Positions 38,915-52,684 of a stretch of DNA of 64,000 nucleotides are shown here, in pieces. Position numbers and translations under genes: made by a program. The DNA is from Pecten maximus (Eukaryota): the NCBI RefSeq assembly GCF_902652985.1, contig NC_047021.1, forward strand, positions 17,670,001 through 17,734,000, in the 5' to 3' direction. The notes under the pieces are model-generated. The model was not told the origin of the DNA and ran no database searches. It saw only the letters and a list, made by a program, of their open reading frames with translations. How positions within the stretch are numbered: position 1 is the stretch's first letter; each line of letters starts with the position of its first letter.

Positions 38915-39585
38915 TCTAGATAAAGCTAAATGTCTATACCATTTATTCTATATAAGACAAAATGTTAACAATATTCTAAATATAGCTATTCATTCTAGAT
39001 AAAGCTAAAAGTCTGTATCATTTATAGTTAAGAAAAATCTGAATGTGTTTACCATTTATTACAGATAAGACTAAATTAAAGTCTGTACCATTTATTTTTG
39101 ATAAAGCTAAAGGTCTGTACTATTTATTCTAGATAAAGCAAAAATGTCTATTCCATTAAAGATGAATAAAAATCTAAATGTCTAAACTATGCATTCTAGA
39201 TAAAGCTAAATTTCTATACTATGCATTCTAGATAAAGCTAAATTTATATACTATGTATTCTAGATAAAGCTAAATTTATGTATTCTAGATAAAGCTAAAT
39301 TTATATACTATGTATTCTAGATAAAGCTAAATTTATGTATTCTAGATAAAGCTAAATTTATATACTATGTATTCTAGATAAAGCTAAATTTCTATACTAT
39401 GCATTCTAGATAAAGCTAAATTTCTATACTATGTATTCTAGATAAAGCTAAATTTCTATACTATGTATTCTAGATAAAGCTAAATTTCTATACCATTTAT
39501 TCTAGGTAAGACGTTAATAATATTCTAGATAAAACCATTTATTCTGAATAAAGCTAAATGTCTATACCATTTATTCTAGATAACA
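38915..39585. repeat. 32-bp minisatellite (TATTCTAGATAAAGCTAAATTTCTATACTATG)
   Basis: Homogeneous core at 39190-39500 with degenerate flanks. Confidence 0.9.
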
Positions 39586-39749
39586 CTGACCATCTCTAAA
39601 ATGCAATATCTAAATAACAGAATGAAGGGACAAACTTGGTTCAAATATGACTAAATATTACGTCACCATCAGACTAATTATGTTGATTCACACTGAAGGT
39701 CATTACATTCATGAAGAGCAGATGATCACTTCTAGGTTACTCAACTTAT

Positions 39750-39965
39750 AGACGATCAAAGATATCTTATGATATTCAATACACGATCAAAAGACATATT
39801 ATGATATTCAATATATACATGATCAAAAGACATATTATGATATTCGATATATACACAATCAAAAGATATCTTATGATATTCAATACACGATCAAAAGACA
39901 TATTATGATATTCAATATATACACAATCAAAAGATATCTTATGATATTCGATATATACATGATCA
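39750..39965. repeat. 32-36-bp tandem repeat (ATCAAAAGACATATTATGATATTCAAT...)
   Basis: About 6 units. Confidence 0.85.
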
Positions 39966-40723
39966 ATAAACTTTACATTTCAATACCCAAACAGATTGAT
40001 ATGTCTCCATTGTGAACAAAAAAAACCCAATAAAACCATTAAAGCAAATTGGCCCTACATATGCATTTAACACTTATAAATCTTAACCTTAATACATGTA
40101 AAAACCTTTACTTGTAAATTGGGTGTGAAATTGGAATTTTTAATGGCACCAATTATATATACATCTACTTATTTTCAAAGATCAGTTTACAGGATGGTTT
40201 AGAAATTGTTTTTTTTATTGGGCAAAAATTTGGAACAAATAATAGACCTACTATCTTATATAATAGTTTTGTGACCTGATCAGTTGAATAAAACGTCTGA
40301 CCCAAATCTAAATTGTGTATAATGTCTATGTTTTTATTACGACAGTGACAACCTCCTAAGGTAAAGACCTATCCAGTCAGTACCATTCTTTATTTCCTGT
40401 ATATACATAAAACACTGGTCTGAAAGTCAATTTTTTAAGACCTACTTTAACATGAGAAGGTCACCAAATGGGCAATTGCCTTCAGGAAGAACTTTTGGCT
40501 TTGGAATCATAATGTACCGAGTTCAATATCAATGTGATACAGATAAGTGTTTGAGAGAACAGGCTGGCTAATTGCTATTTCACAACTCCTAATTTGATAG
40601 AAATCAATACAGTGTGATATATATTATAGAATAGGAAATGTACACATTGGTAAGAATGTGGTTATTAGAAATAGAGAAATTCAAGGGACATCACTTTCTT
40701 ACACAAATTAGAGATTCAGATAG

Positions 40724-40937
40724 CTTGTTTTGTTTAACGTCCTATTAACAGCAAGGGTCATTTAAGGACACGACAGGTTTTGGAGGTAGAGGAAAGCTGG
40801 AGTATCCAGAGAAAAACCACCGGCCTAAGGTCAAGTACATGGCAACTGCCCCAGGTAGGTATCGAAATCGTAACCCAGAGGTGGAGGGCTAGTGATCAAG
40901 TGTCAGGACACCTTAACTACTAGGCCACCGCAGCCCC
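40724..40937 (-). mobile_element. tRNA-headed V-domain-like SINE, same family as 12245-12460
   Basis: The reverse complement matches the 12.2 kb copy along its full length. Confidence 0.85.
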
Positions 40938-42589
40938 AGAGCCTTAAGGTACACACTTGATTAAAGCAACATTAGTGAAATTATTTCATATATAGCTAAT
41001 ATAAAGGTTTACACTCAAAAATTTCAAATGACTGTTTACAATCTTATGAAATGTTAAAAATACTCATTTTATGTATGTATTGTTAATTGGAATCCTTTGA
41101 GAATATAAACAATAACACAAAGAGTGATGTATAGCTATGAGAGGTCTCCCAACTCCTTGTTGCATGGTATATAAATGTACACAATTAATGTCCATCATTC
41201 CTAAATTGACTTCCACCTCCCGGTGTATTTGGAACATCAGATTTATTAATTCAAATCATTCTCAATATATGTTTGACATACTTATTCTTATGACTTGAGA
41301 GAAATTTAGAGAAGTTGCTATGATGTATGAAATATATTGTTTTAAATACCTATCCACATGCTGCATAATGCAAGTGAGATTAACCAGACTAGCTGAGAAC
41401 TTTCCTTGTTTTCCTGGTATTCCCAATCGGCGTAGTGTTTCAGTACCAACATTTTTATGACACAAAAAAGAAAGTACATCATTGTTCTGTGAAGTTAATG
41501 CCTGGCTTATGTGTCTGACATCACAATGGATCCCTTATGCATGTTCATAAATATATTAAAAGCTCACAATGAACGATCGATCAAGTGGTTTTTTTTTTTT
41601 CAAACACGTTTTACAGCCTGAATCATGGCAACTTGCAACTAAACATAACAAAAACAGATCTATAATCATTTTAAAGGTCCACCAAACAATTTGTCAGATT
41701 ATGGCTTGATAGACCATAAACAGTCAACAGTGTCAGAAACCAACCAGAAAGACAAAGGAGAAGTGTACATGTGATGATGTGGTCAATGACAATACAAGTA
41801 CCCAGGGACATCCTGGAAGTACCTGGAGAATTGCTTTTCAAAGTCTAACATTGGCTTGTTTCAGTTCAAAGAGAAACCAATACAACCTCCAATGTACACA
41901 CAAATGGAGGTACTAAAAGAGATTTTGAGATACTTCAAGAATTTTCATCTGAGTCAAGTTGAACCATTTGTTAGCTGTGTTGATTATTCCACAACCACCC
42001 AGGGTCATTTTGATGTGCGAGGGTCTCCTTGTCGTAGGTAGTGGCTAGCTCATTTAACATACAAGAAAGCTATCTCATACTATCAAGAGTTGGGAGTGGT
42101 AAACAGTTGAAGGATACAACTAGTACAACAAAGGAAGGTACATGATTTCAGCTTTATAAGAAACTCAAATTTAGTGTCTTGAGTCATAATGGACTGAATC
42201 ATAAGATTAATAGAATCTTACACGGGTCTGCATGGATAGTGGTATTTCAAACTGAGTATAGAGTTTGGGTATTCCGCACAAAGAACAGACCCATGGTTAG
42301 TTAATTTTCTCACATACTCATAACATAAATAAAATAAAATAAAATTCCAGTCAAATTAAACACCTCTGTAATCCGTTCGCCAATACCTTCCAGGTTGACA
42401 TGAGCATTCCCCTTTCACAAGAATTCTATGGAAATACAATGGAAACAATTCATTATTATAGAACATGTCAGCTGCTGCCCTCAACCCTTGGGAGATCTAG
42501 AGACTAGCATCATCCCCCCTACCTTGAAAGTGTGACTGATAAATCTCCAACCAAAGGGGTTAATGTTCTTGACTGTCTAAGATTTCTGA

Positions 42590-43425
42590 AATGAATCGAT
42601 AACAAAGTTCAACTGTCAAAACGCAATAGTGTTTCCTGTCAGCTATTTGTTTTCCTGATCACACCCAAAATTGAATGGACGCAACTAGGGACAAAGGGGA
42701 ACCAACATGTGATATTTAAAGAAGTAGTGTAATATCTATGTGAAACTGAATTAAAGTTATTGGAAAACCATTACTATCATCAGGAAAAAAAGAACTTTTT
42801 TTTTACGATACATCGTTTTTGAGAAATATGGTATACTCGGTAACAGAAATGCCCGTACAAAACATACCTTTAGAATTAGCAAATTAGCAATATTCCTCCC
42901 ATATTTTTCGAAAAAAGTGATAAGAATCTTCAAATGTCAAATTCCAAGATGGCTGCCTGTTGACCATTTTGTTTACCCGATCAGAATCAAACTTGAATTG
43001 GCATAACTAGAGACCAAGAGGAACCTGGTACATGTGAAGTATGAAAAATATCCCTTTATAACTAACGTCAACTGTCAAAATCCAAGAAAGCTTCCAGTCA
43101 GCCATTTAGTTTCCTGAACTAGGGACCAAGGGGAATGCAAATAATCAAACTCAAAATTGAATGGACACAACTAGGGACCAAGAAAAACCTACATGGGAAA
43201 TTTGAGAAATATTCCTCCAGTACTTTCAACTGTCAAAATCCCAAATGGCTTCCTGTTGGCCATTTTGTTTTCCTGACCAAAAGGAATTTGAATCTACGTG
43301 AAGTTGTGAGAAATATCCTTCCAGTACTTTTCAAGAAATAAAGATAACAAGGATTGTGTAGAGACCGAGGACAGACGGACCACACACCTTAGACATAGGG
43401 TAATTTGAAAAGCTCGCCATCTGAT
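42590..43425. mobile_element. Degenerate HINE-like element with internal repeats
   Basis: Repeated AACTGTCAAAATCCAAGATGGCTGCC...CAACTAGGGACCAAG units and a GACGGAC tract near the right end. A related fragment lies at 55560-55950. Confidence 0.6.
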
Positions 43426-46006
43426 AACAACATTTTATTGTTATTGTGGAATCATTGCACTGTTGAAGAGACTGTATATCTTGTCGGCACATGCTATCTG
43501 CCATGCCCTAGGGGTTGACAGAGAAACAGGTAAAACAGGAGACAACCCTGTGAAAGATAACAGAAAAAATATCATTTACTCCCTTTGGAATGAGATGGGG
43601 GCTGTCAACCTGAGGAGGATTCTTAAAGTGCCAAACAGCAGGGGATGTCAACCCTCTATTCTTAATTATAAACTGCCAAGTACTCAGCAAATCACCTTAA
43701 GAATTTTCCCCCTCAGGTTCAGATCCCCTGTCTCACCCAAAACTTCAAGGGAATGAAAGATTCTATTAATCTCTTCCATGTCTACTAATAGTATGCTTGT
43801 GGTTATATGGTGGCTTGGCCACCAGGATCTCAAGCATTTAAGCAACAAAGCTGTACATGTAATCTTCGAACAGGATCCCAATGCTTCGACCATAAATTAA
43901 AGGTCAGTGCAACTTCATTGACCTCACAAACACAGCTATATTCTGATTCAATGTTTCAGAAGTTCTTTGAAACAAAATTAAAGTCCAAAATAAATACATC
44001 AATTAGACTAGGTATTCAAGTAAAATGTATTTTTGATAATTATGACACGACTGACATCTTAGTTTCTATCTCAATGTTCATGTGTAGAATTGCTTTACGA
44101 TCCAGATGCCAAGGCAATTCACATCAAATGAATTACCCAGTGAAAAATTAAAACACAACAAATATATCACATGGAACCTGTGTCATCTTTAATATACATT
44201 GTTCAATTACACTTCAGTTAAAAATAATTGATACAGTCTATTTTTGTAATAAAACTTGTCAGTGGGTTAAGAAGTTCATATCTGTATAAATCTTTTGAAG
44301 AGATTTTCTACATAAAGCTGCATTTTTAAAATGCAAGCTATCACATTCTCTCTGGTTTTAAAACTGTACAGAAACTTGGCAGACATGATAAAGAGTATAA
44401 TAATATAATAATGTTTGCACAATGTGCAAGACTGAGGACAATGATGATGATAAGACAGGGAAACGGTTATATACAAAAATTGAAAATATTAAAGAACAGT
44501 GGTAATGGTTAAAAATCATATTACAGTAATAAATTTATACAAAAGAATAAAAATAAATCATGATATAATTACAAATACAATGAATTTGTTCACAATTAAT
44601 AATAAATTATAGCTAAAACTTTTAAATTTTTTATTTTAATTTACACAAGATTTTGTCTTAATTTGAATTCACAACCATTCAGGTTTGATCATTTTTCATA
44701 CAGTACTTGAAAAATATGTGTACCAATTCATCAGAAATCTTGAATTCATGAATAACTTCAGGAAAAGAAAATTTACAAACAGTGATCTACAAATAATGGA
44801 ATCCCCAAGATTGTATCATAAAATGCTTAAACTATTTTAATAATCCGATAGTTTCATGGAGCATTGATAATGCATATACATGTAGAAAGTAAATTTAAAT
44901 CCAATACAATGATGCATTATTAATGAAAGATCAAAACAACATATTATGCTCAAGTTAAAACAATGATATATTTATGATTTTCTTGCAGAGTGAGCTCTTC
45001 TATTGTAGGTATGAAAGAATGAAAATCATTAATAGTGAGAACTCATTATCTATACAAACATATTGTTCGATCACAAACCAATTCATTGAGAGTACTGTGT
45101 GCAAGAATATCAGATTGTACAGTATAGCTAGTTCACATAAATGGTAAAAATTAAATTTGATCCTTGAGCAAAGCTTTTAAAGCTTGTATACTGTCTCATA
45201 TTTCATTTTTTAAATAAAAGATCCCACATTTACATTGTTTCCTTATTCCAAAATCCTGTCGAAAATAAAATTCAGCATAGAAAAACAACCTTGATAATAA
45301 CAAACATACAGCAATTCATTATAAAAGTAACTGTTCAAAGTTAATAAATTTTTTAAAAAGGATTTTTTTTTCTTCAACTAAAACTGAATGCAAATCTTGG
45401 TTGAAAAGCACTAGTATTTATAATCGTTAAAACTTAACTTTTATAACAATCCAAAATTTAGTGAATGTTTTCCACTGTGAAAAAGATTAGACACGCTACG
45501 TATGCAAGATTTGGCTAGAGATTGTACCAGACTAGGCACAGGAGATTTGTAATATTGGTACCATGCTTGGTCTCTGTTACAGTTGTAGCACCAGCAGTTT
45601 CCTGATGTACATTGATCACATTCATTGATTATTTCCCTCTTAGCTGTATTGCAGTGACATAACTCAAGATTTGCCCTATTGTTTTCTTCCAGTTTGGATA
45701 TACTACTCCAATGAGTGGGAGGATGGAGGCTTTAGTAGTAGCATAATAAACACAAGATATTTGTTTAGCAAACCATTCTCATTGTTCACTGAAGCAATGC
45801 CACCATCAGTAGAGAATTTCCATATATATGTGTACACCATACAAATTGAACCATACTGCAGATTAAGTCTTGATTTGCTTCATTTAATTTCCTATTGATT
45901 ACATATGCTTCATGTATTCATACACAGCCTAGTGCATAATATTAGATAGAAATTCCAATCAGCAAATTAAAGTCCTACTAAAAAGAAAAAGAAAAGAAAA
46001 AAAAAA

Positions 46007-46037
<31 letters not shown>

Positions 46038-48402
46038 GAGAGAGATAAAAATGCTGCCTTTGGAAATAATGGATGCTGTATATATCTATTTATAGATGTC
46101 CCATTGTTTTTCCCATGATGTGCATGTCTTATCAACTAATTTAACACAAAGCAGTTCTCTAATTTCATTACACCAATATGTACATGTATACATAAAAATT
46201 CAGGATATTGTCATTTATGATAAAAGTATAAAATTTTTGCACACACTAAGAGATGTCCCTTAGTATCTATCACTAACAAAAAATATGCCACAACTGTCAT
46301 GAAAGTATACCCCATCCAACCCTGGTAACCCCCAGTTAATTCCAGCAGTGAGCCTTATTCATGCATGCAGAAAAAAACATTACAAATGTCCTTTGGTTGA
46401 GTTTCCTACAAAAGCACAATAGTACTAGTCTACCCCTGGTTCAAAGATTCTCCAACTTCCAATTTAGTGTTATCACTTAATAACATCAAACAGCAGAAGT
46501 TTGTGATTTGGATTTGCAAATGAATGTTTTGATGTCTAGGTAAAAAAACCCGATTAGATTAGAAAGTTTGATTTTTAAAAAACAAGCTCTCTTAAATATT
46601 TTCTACAATACTCATCACTCATTTAATATTAAACATTTTATTATACTAAAATCATATTATTACATTGTAATATTTTTTTGAAAAAAATATAATTTTACAA
46701 ACTAACTGAAACAGTTTGGTAAAAAATATTCACTTTTAAGGAGCAAACTTTGTTATAAGCACATTACAGATAATAAATAGTAGATGGCACATTAATCAAG
46801 GAAATATATGTTACACTAACAGCAGGCTTATCTTATCAACATTCAAAGGCAGAGAAATGGTGTGCAGCTTCTTAACATAAATTAACACACATTGTGGGCA
46901 ACAAAGACAAAACTAACAAAGTACAGCTAGTTCACATTCCAAACTTTCCCCCTTCTGAAAATAATCAACTGCAATCTTTCTAATTCTAAGGAAAAAGTTG
47001 GTAAAAACTTTCTGTTTTGTCTACAGCGACTTGAATTAATTAATTCTTTCAAGTTATAAGAAATCAGAAAAAAAAAAATGAAAACACAAAACAAGATACC
47101 AGCACATCAATTTGCACGGGTTAGCATATCAACGGTAGGCGATTTCAAGGTTTGGAACATTTTGAGTGGTTGATTGTATATATTCAAACAAGAAATGCCT
47201 AAGTAATATAATGAAAAAATATAAATCAATGCTTTCAAAGCCAACAATTCTAATTTCTGCAACATCAATTTTAAATATTGTGCATATCCACAAAAACTGA
47301 ACTGCTATCTAAAATCTTGCATTCAAAATCTTGTATGAATCAGAAATATGAGGTAATAAGCTGACTTTCAGTAAAACATCTTAAAAAGGCACAACATAAA
47401 ATGGATACTTGAACTCATGTGGAAAAAAAATCAGCTTCACTATGAACTATAAAGTAAGGTACTTACTAACCATAAATGACATATATAGAGATTTCACTAT
47501 ACAAAAAACACTGCCAACATAACTTTTATATTTCATTGCTGGCAAAATTTAAGCAGAAAAAAATGAAAGGGGGGAAAATCAGAAATATGCATCAGAATGG
47601 TTTTGTTGCTTCTGCTCATAAGTGGAAATGATAAAGCTACACTTATGTATCGATATGATATCCCAGTTATTGCAGATGGAATACTTATAATACTGTAACA
47701 ATGACAGTACAAATGGTGAATAATAATATAATCTAACAGAAAATCAGAATATTCGCTCTCGCTCTCTCTCAAAAAGGGGATTAAAACGACTTAGAAAACA
47801 CATTGTAAAAAATTCCATCACAGTGATGCTCAAATTGTAATGCACAAGGATCTTGTGCAATTTCTTGTCCACAAAATTTGGTGGTATAGAACAGTAGCAC
47901 AAAATGTATATGTAAACTTTTCTCTGCCATGCTGGTTATAGAATTTTCCTTGAATAGAAAGGCATTTTAACCTTGCAGAATGCATTTCAAAACCAACATG
48001 CAAACTGTAACTCCTGACTGCCTAGCCCTATACTGCACAAGTACACATTACAATCCGTTTCAGTTTATATGTTCCATGGTGTGCATGTATTATCTCCCTT
48101 TTCTTACACAATCCAGTACATTCCTCAAATCTAAGCAGCCATCCCTAAACTTAAGGTGTCGTTGCATCTGTATTCCACATAGAACAAAGATTTGGCTTTT
48201 ATGTTGTATAATAACTTCACAGAACATCATTCCACCACATTTTGTGTAAATAAGAAGTAATATTGGACAGGATAAAATACAACACATCATTCAAATACAC
48301 GTGTACAATATCATATGATCACTTTTGAAGAATTCTCATCATTATCCATTGGACGGCATGGAGAGTATGTCTTGCATTTGAGTAATCACACAACAATAAT
48401 CC

Positions 48403-50022
48403 CTATAAGGTTGGTATTTGTGGCAGTTTTGTTCGCGCTATCTCAGTTTCTACTAAGGATACAGGAGCACCTGTCTTTCCTCTACTGGAGCTTCCACTGG
48501 CCAGCTTACTACCTGGGTACACTGCACTAGTGTTGGCAGTGGATTTCCGACGCGATGCAGAATCTGATCTGGTATCATTTTGGGGTGGTGGTTTAGGTAA
48601 TCTACGTCGCAGCCATTGGTGGCGTAGGGCTTGACTAGGTGTTATTCTAGCAGATGGCTCCCAGTCTAAACAACGCTTCAGGAAATCTATGAACATTAAA
48701 TCATCACATCCCTTTAGTGCAGTGACAAAATCTTTGCTCCCAGGTTTTCCCCTCGTTTTTCCTCGCCTTGATCTTCCACCCTGTAAAGTTGTTGAACCAT
48801 CTGGCAAAGTTGTGACTGTGCAGTAACGAGGGTATCCTTTAGAGCTGATGAAATTTCTAGAGCGTTTAGCGCTATCTAGAAATTTTTGGGGTGGCATGTT
48901 CTGTAATTCAATGATACAGGCCAGTTGATCACCCTCATCTTCTCCAGGGAATAGTGGGTAACCGGTTAGTAATTCTGCCAAAATGCAACCCAAACTCCAC
49001 ATATCAATAGGCATTCCATACTTGGCCCCTAGAATCACCTCTGGTGCGCGATAGAACCTTGATTGGATATATGTATAGATCCGCTGGTGTTCATAACAGC
49101 TTGAACCAAAGTCTATTACCTTTATACCGCTACGGCCCTGTTGTTTGAGAAGAATGTTCTCTGGTTTGAGATCACAGTGTATGATACGGTTCTTGTACAA
49201 TGCATCTAAGCATTGCAATATTGAGTGTGCAAACTTGCGGACAAGTTGCAAGCTAAATCCCTGGAATTTGTTTTTCTTGATGAGTTCATACAAGTTCATA
49301 CTGAGAAGTTCAAAGGTTATACATATATGATTTCTGAATACGAAATGCTCATAAATATGTACAATGTTAAAGGCATTGTCCTTATCCTGCTTCTTAAGGT
49401 GCTCCAGAATACGAATTTCCTCTTGTGCCTGTCTGTGGAATCGCTTTTCATTCCTAACCATTTTTAGGGCTACATGATCATGTGCCTTATGATCATACAC
49501 TTTCACCACCTGGCCAAAGCTTCCTTTGCCAATCACCTTCAACACTTCATATCGGTAGGAAATGTGGTCATGGGGTACCTGCATGTAAGATCCCTGTTCA
49601 TCGTCGTAACCGTTGTTATTTGCACCCCCAACGACCCCTTGCCTTTTCTTCGCGTTAGGACCAACAAAAAAGATGTTTGGGAAATTGAAGATTTCGTGGT
49701 GCTCAAATGAGGTCAGTTTGGTCATATACTGCTTCATAGCCGTTTCTGGGGTCAGTCTATTCCTTTTACCTACAGCTGATCCCCCCTTATTACTCGTATT
49801 GCTGCCTGCACTCGAGCTAGGACGGGGATTGGGTAGGGACCGCGTTTCGTCGGCTGTTCCGACGTGATGTTTTTGGTGTTTTCCGTGATCATCGTTATAA
49901 AGTTGTTGCACTTTCAATCCAGCACTTTGAACTCCCCCACCTACTGTCTGGGATGTTAACGGGGGCAGGCTATAGGGATGAGCTGCCGGTGGATTCATTC
50001 TATGATTTACCCGAGTCGTCAT
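48403..50022 (-). CDS. DYRK2: Dual-specificity tyrosine-phosphorylation-regulated kinase 2 (class 2 DYRK), single coding exon, 539 aa
   Basis: NAPA region (TPETAMKQY...EHHEIF), DH box [34 protein letters not shown] and activation loop [13 protein letters not shown]; closely matches the DYRK2/3 consensus. Uninterrupted ORF. Confidence 0.97.
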   Translation of the reverse strand: MTTRVNHRMNPPAAHPYSLPPLTSQTVGGGVQSAGLKVQQLYNDDHGKHQKHHVGTADETRSLPNPRPSSSAGSNTSNKGGSAVGKRNRLTPETAMKQYMTKLTSFEHHEIFNFPNIFFVGPNAKKRQGVVGGANNNGYDDEQGSYMQVPHDHISYRYEVLKVIGKGSFGQVVKVYDHKAHDHVALKMVRNEKRFHRQAQEEIRILEHLKKQDKDNAFNIVHIYEHFVFRNHICITFELLSMNLYELIKKNKFQGFSLQLVRKFAHSILQCLDALYKNRIIHCDLKPENILLKQQGRSGIKVIDFGSSCYEHQRIYTYIQSRFYRAPEVILGAKYGMPIDMWSLGCILAELLTGYPLFPGEDEGDQLACIIELQNMPPQKFLDSAKRSRNFISSKGYPRYCTVTTLPDGSTTLQGGRSRRGKTRGKPGSKDFVTALKGCDDLMFIDFLKRCLDWEPSARITPSQALRHQWLRRRLPKPPPQNDTRSDSASRRKSTANTSAVYPGSKLASGSSSRGKTGAPVSLVETEIARTKLPQIPTL

Positions 50023-50023
50023 A

Positions 50024-50125
50024 CTAATGATACTTCCCTCCGGTTATGTTCCTTCCACTGCAGTTTTTCTCCATCTAATCTTCCACGTTTGTCGAGATAA
50101 ATATTTCCCACATCTTCCTCAACAT
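50024..50125 (-). promoter_or_regulatory. Two tandem 16-aa upstream ORFs in the putative DYRK2 5' leader
   Basis: 50125-50075 MLRKMWEIFISTNVED* is immediately followed by 50074-50024 [16 protein letters not shown], which ends 1 nt before the DYRK2 ATG. Confidence 0.45.
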
Positions 50126-50239
50126 GTTTATCACTTGAAAAAAACACGATTTTATCCAATTTCAGTGTGTTTCTGCTACGTTTACCCCACACTCTGTTGC
50201 TATTTTCAAGACAAGAATGGAGGATTGGTTGCCAAGCAG

Positions 50240-50590
50240 AACCCGGTTGGTCAACGTCACAACTTCTTGTTACGTCATGGAAACTGGGGTCACGTGATAC
50301 AACAAAACCATTACACATGGTTGACCAGAACATAAACAAAACGCCGAGACATTGATTAGCAGTGAAATTGTTTTTCGATACGATGTTCTGGTATTTTTTG
50401 TTTTATATTGATTAGCAATTCTAATCGTAGTGCATCGTTTACTTGTACTGTCAATGAGAATAAGGTAAGAAATCGAATCAGACACACATGTACGTGATCT
50501 ATGCTAGACATGATCGAGTGTGCATGTTGAGAAGATCTCGCTGGTAGCTATAGGGGTATTCCCAACCGTTGAAAAACTCGGCCTGCACTA
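50240..50590 (-). promoter_or_regulatory. CpG-enriched putative DYRK2 promoter region
   Basis: Local CpG retention, E-box GTCACGTGAT (~50290), and CRE-like TACGTCAT (~50271) and AACGTCAC (~50253). Confidence 0.4.
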
Positions 50591-52684
50591 CTTTTATTAA
50601 AAAGTGTATTTCATACCTACACTTTTAATGGCTATACATTTTGACAAATTTTTAATATGATAAATAAATAATTATGATTAAAATTCGTTTACTCGAGGAC
50701 CCCATTGGAAATAATTAAGCTGTACATCGGCTTTTATGGGCAATCTCCTAGGTAAAGCAAATTTACTCTATAACAGTAATGTGCAATATATAACATGATA
50801 CTTATGTTAACTGTGATATTCAACAATATTTGTGATACTATTCATTAATCACTCATTTTTATCTATTATGAAATTAAGAAAATATGGAAATATTGTATAT
50901 GTGATTCTATTGTACTGTGTATGCTTTACCTGAATAAATATTATTATTATTATGATATAAGTAGACCTATGTTTAAGGTGGATCATGACATATTAAGCCT
51001 GTATAAATATTCAATATCATCAAATATAATGACGGAATCCTAAAAGAAGATACAATTATTATATGAATGCCAACTAGTTGATATCAATAAATGACGTATT
51101 GATCAGTAATTGGCAAAAAACTTTAGTATGAAAATTTGAGAAAAATTGACTAGCCGACGAACGTTTGGACGAACGTTTGGTCTGAATGGCAACACACGTG
51201 TACAGGTAGCCGGGTCGTCTGTGTCAAGACACACCAGAGGCGGGATCAGGATGGCGAATGCTTGCGAGACATTGTCCTTTTTCGTTTTTGCGATCCAAAT
51301 GGTTAAGTGGTCCAGTTTGACCGGTGTTGTTCGTTTATGAAATAGATACGGACCTGGCGATTTTATATTGTTTTCAGACGAGCCTTGACAAAGACTCACA
51401 AGGCCTGTATTAACATTTGCAGGTCTGTCAAGATATGTTTGAAATATTACATTTAAAAACTGATGAACAGGTTTGTCCGCATAAATGAACTGGCCCATTG
51501 TCACACAAAATTAATTGGTTATTCATCGACGTTAATAGTGGATAAATAAATGGGAATGTTGGCAAAAGTGAAAATTGTTGTTTTCATTAAAAAATATCAC
51601 ATACTTTTTTCAGTGTTCATAGGACGTGCACAGTATTCTCATTTCATAGAAGATAAATCATTATCTTACGTGTGTTATCCTGTACTATGTAATATGTGAA
51701 CCTGTCAAGTTTTTTGGGAAAAACTGTCTAGAAACATTACAAAACTCCATCCATTTCCATGTCCAAAATATCCAAAATGTAGCTGAGGCAATGTGTATGA
51801 ATGAAGTACTTGCAGCACGTCAATCAACGTTTTTCCCCACTAAGACTGCAGTCTGTAGGTCTACACATATATGTACCAAGGTTCTACTGTTAAGTAAAAT
51901 TTAGGTAAAAAAAGTCATTGTCAGCTTTTGGAATTATCATGTAAAAACCTTTTCTTAGTACACTGATGTTTATATTTGTTGAAGTTCTAAGATATCTCCT
52001 TCAAAGTTCATATTGTGATACTGTATTTGAAGATCCTATACATCTCTGACAAAGAATAATATATGATCTGTTGAAAACATGATTAAACTGTATACATTTA
52101 TTATACAATACTAAAAGTTAAATATTTTGCCCTATACACCAAAAACTTTAGCTTCTAATTCTATCTTTTAAATTTAAAGTGGATTAACAATTGTATCCCA
52201 AATAAAATCTATCATGCTCCACCTCAACATTTTGAATGTAACATTCCGATTTTTTAAGGGATCAGTATATTATATCATGATGCTGTTATTTTTTCATTAA
52301 ATTTTGTTGGTGTTGATTACATCTACACTGTATTTCTATACTATATTTTCAATTTTGTGCATATTTGCTGAGAAGCAGTGTATATGCTGTCAGGCAATGC
52401 AGCATCTTTAAATAATATTTGTATTTGATATTCAAGGTTTGACAAAAAACAAAAGTATGCAATATGGTAATGATAATAGGAACTTTCAAAGGTTTATACA
52501 ATGTATTTTCCAAAGACTAACACAAACCTAGCATCCAAACTGTAGATGAATGCTCTGGTTACCAACGTGATCAGCTCAGCCCAGCTGTCAGTCTGAAGGG
52601 CTTTTGATTAACTATGATTAAACTTTTAGTCTTTGGTGCTGTTGATGGCCTCTCCTCTGCAGTAAAGCCATCCAGTGTCAAGTT

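Noticed and set aside
42215-42310. Second hairpin-type element end (GGGTCTG...CAGACCC)
   Set aside because: Arms too degenerate to support a call.
49145-49867. Four plus-strand ORFs within DYRK2
   Set aside because: Antisense shadows of the kinase ORF with no recognisable motifs.
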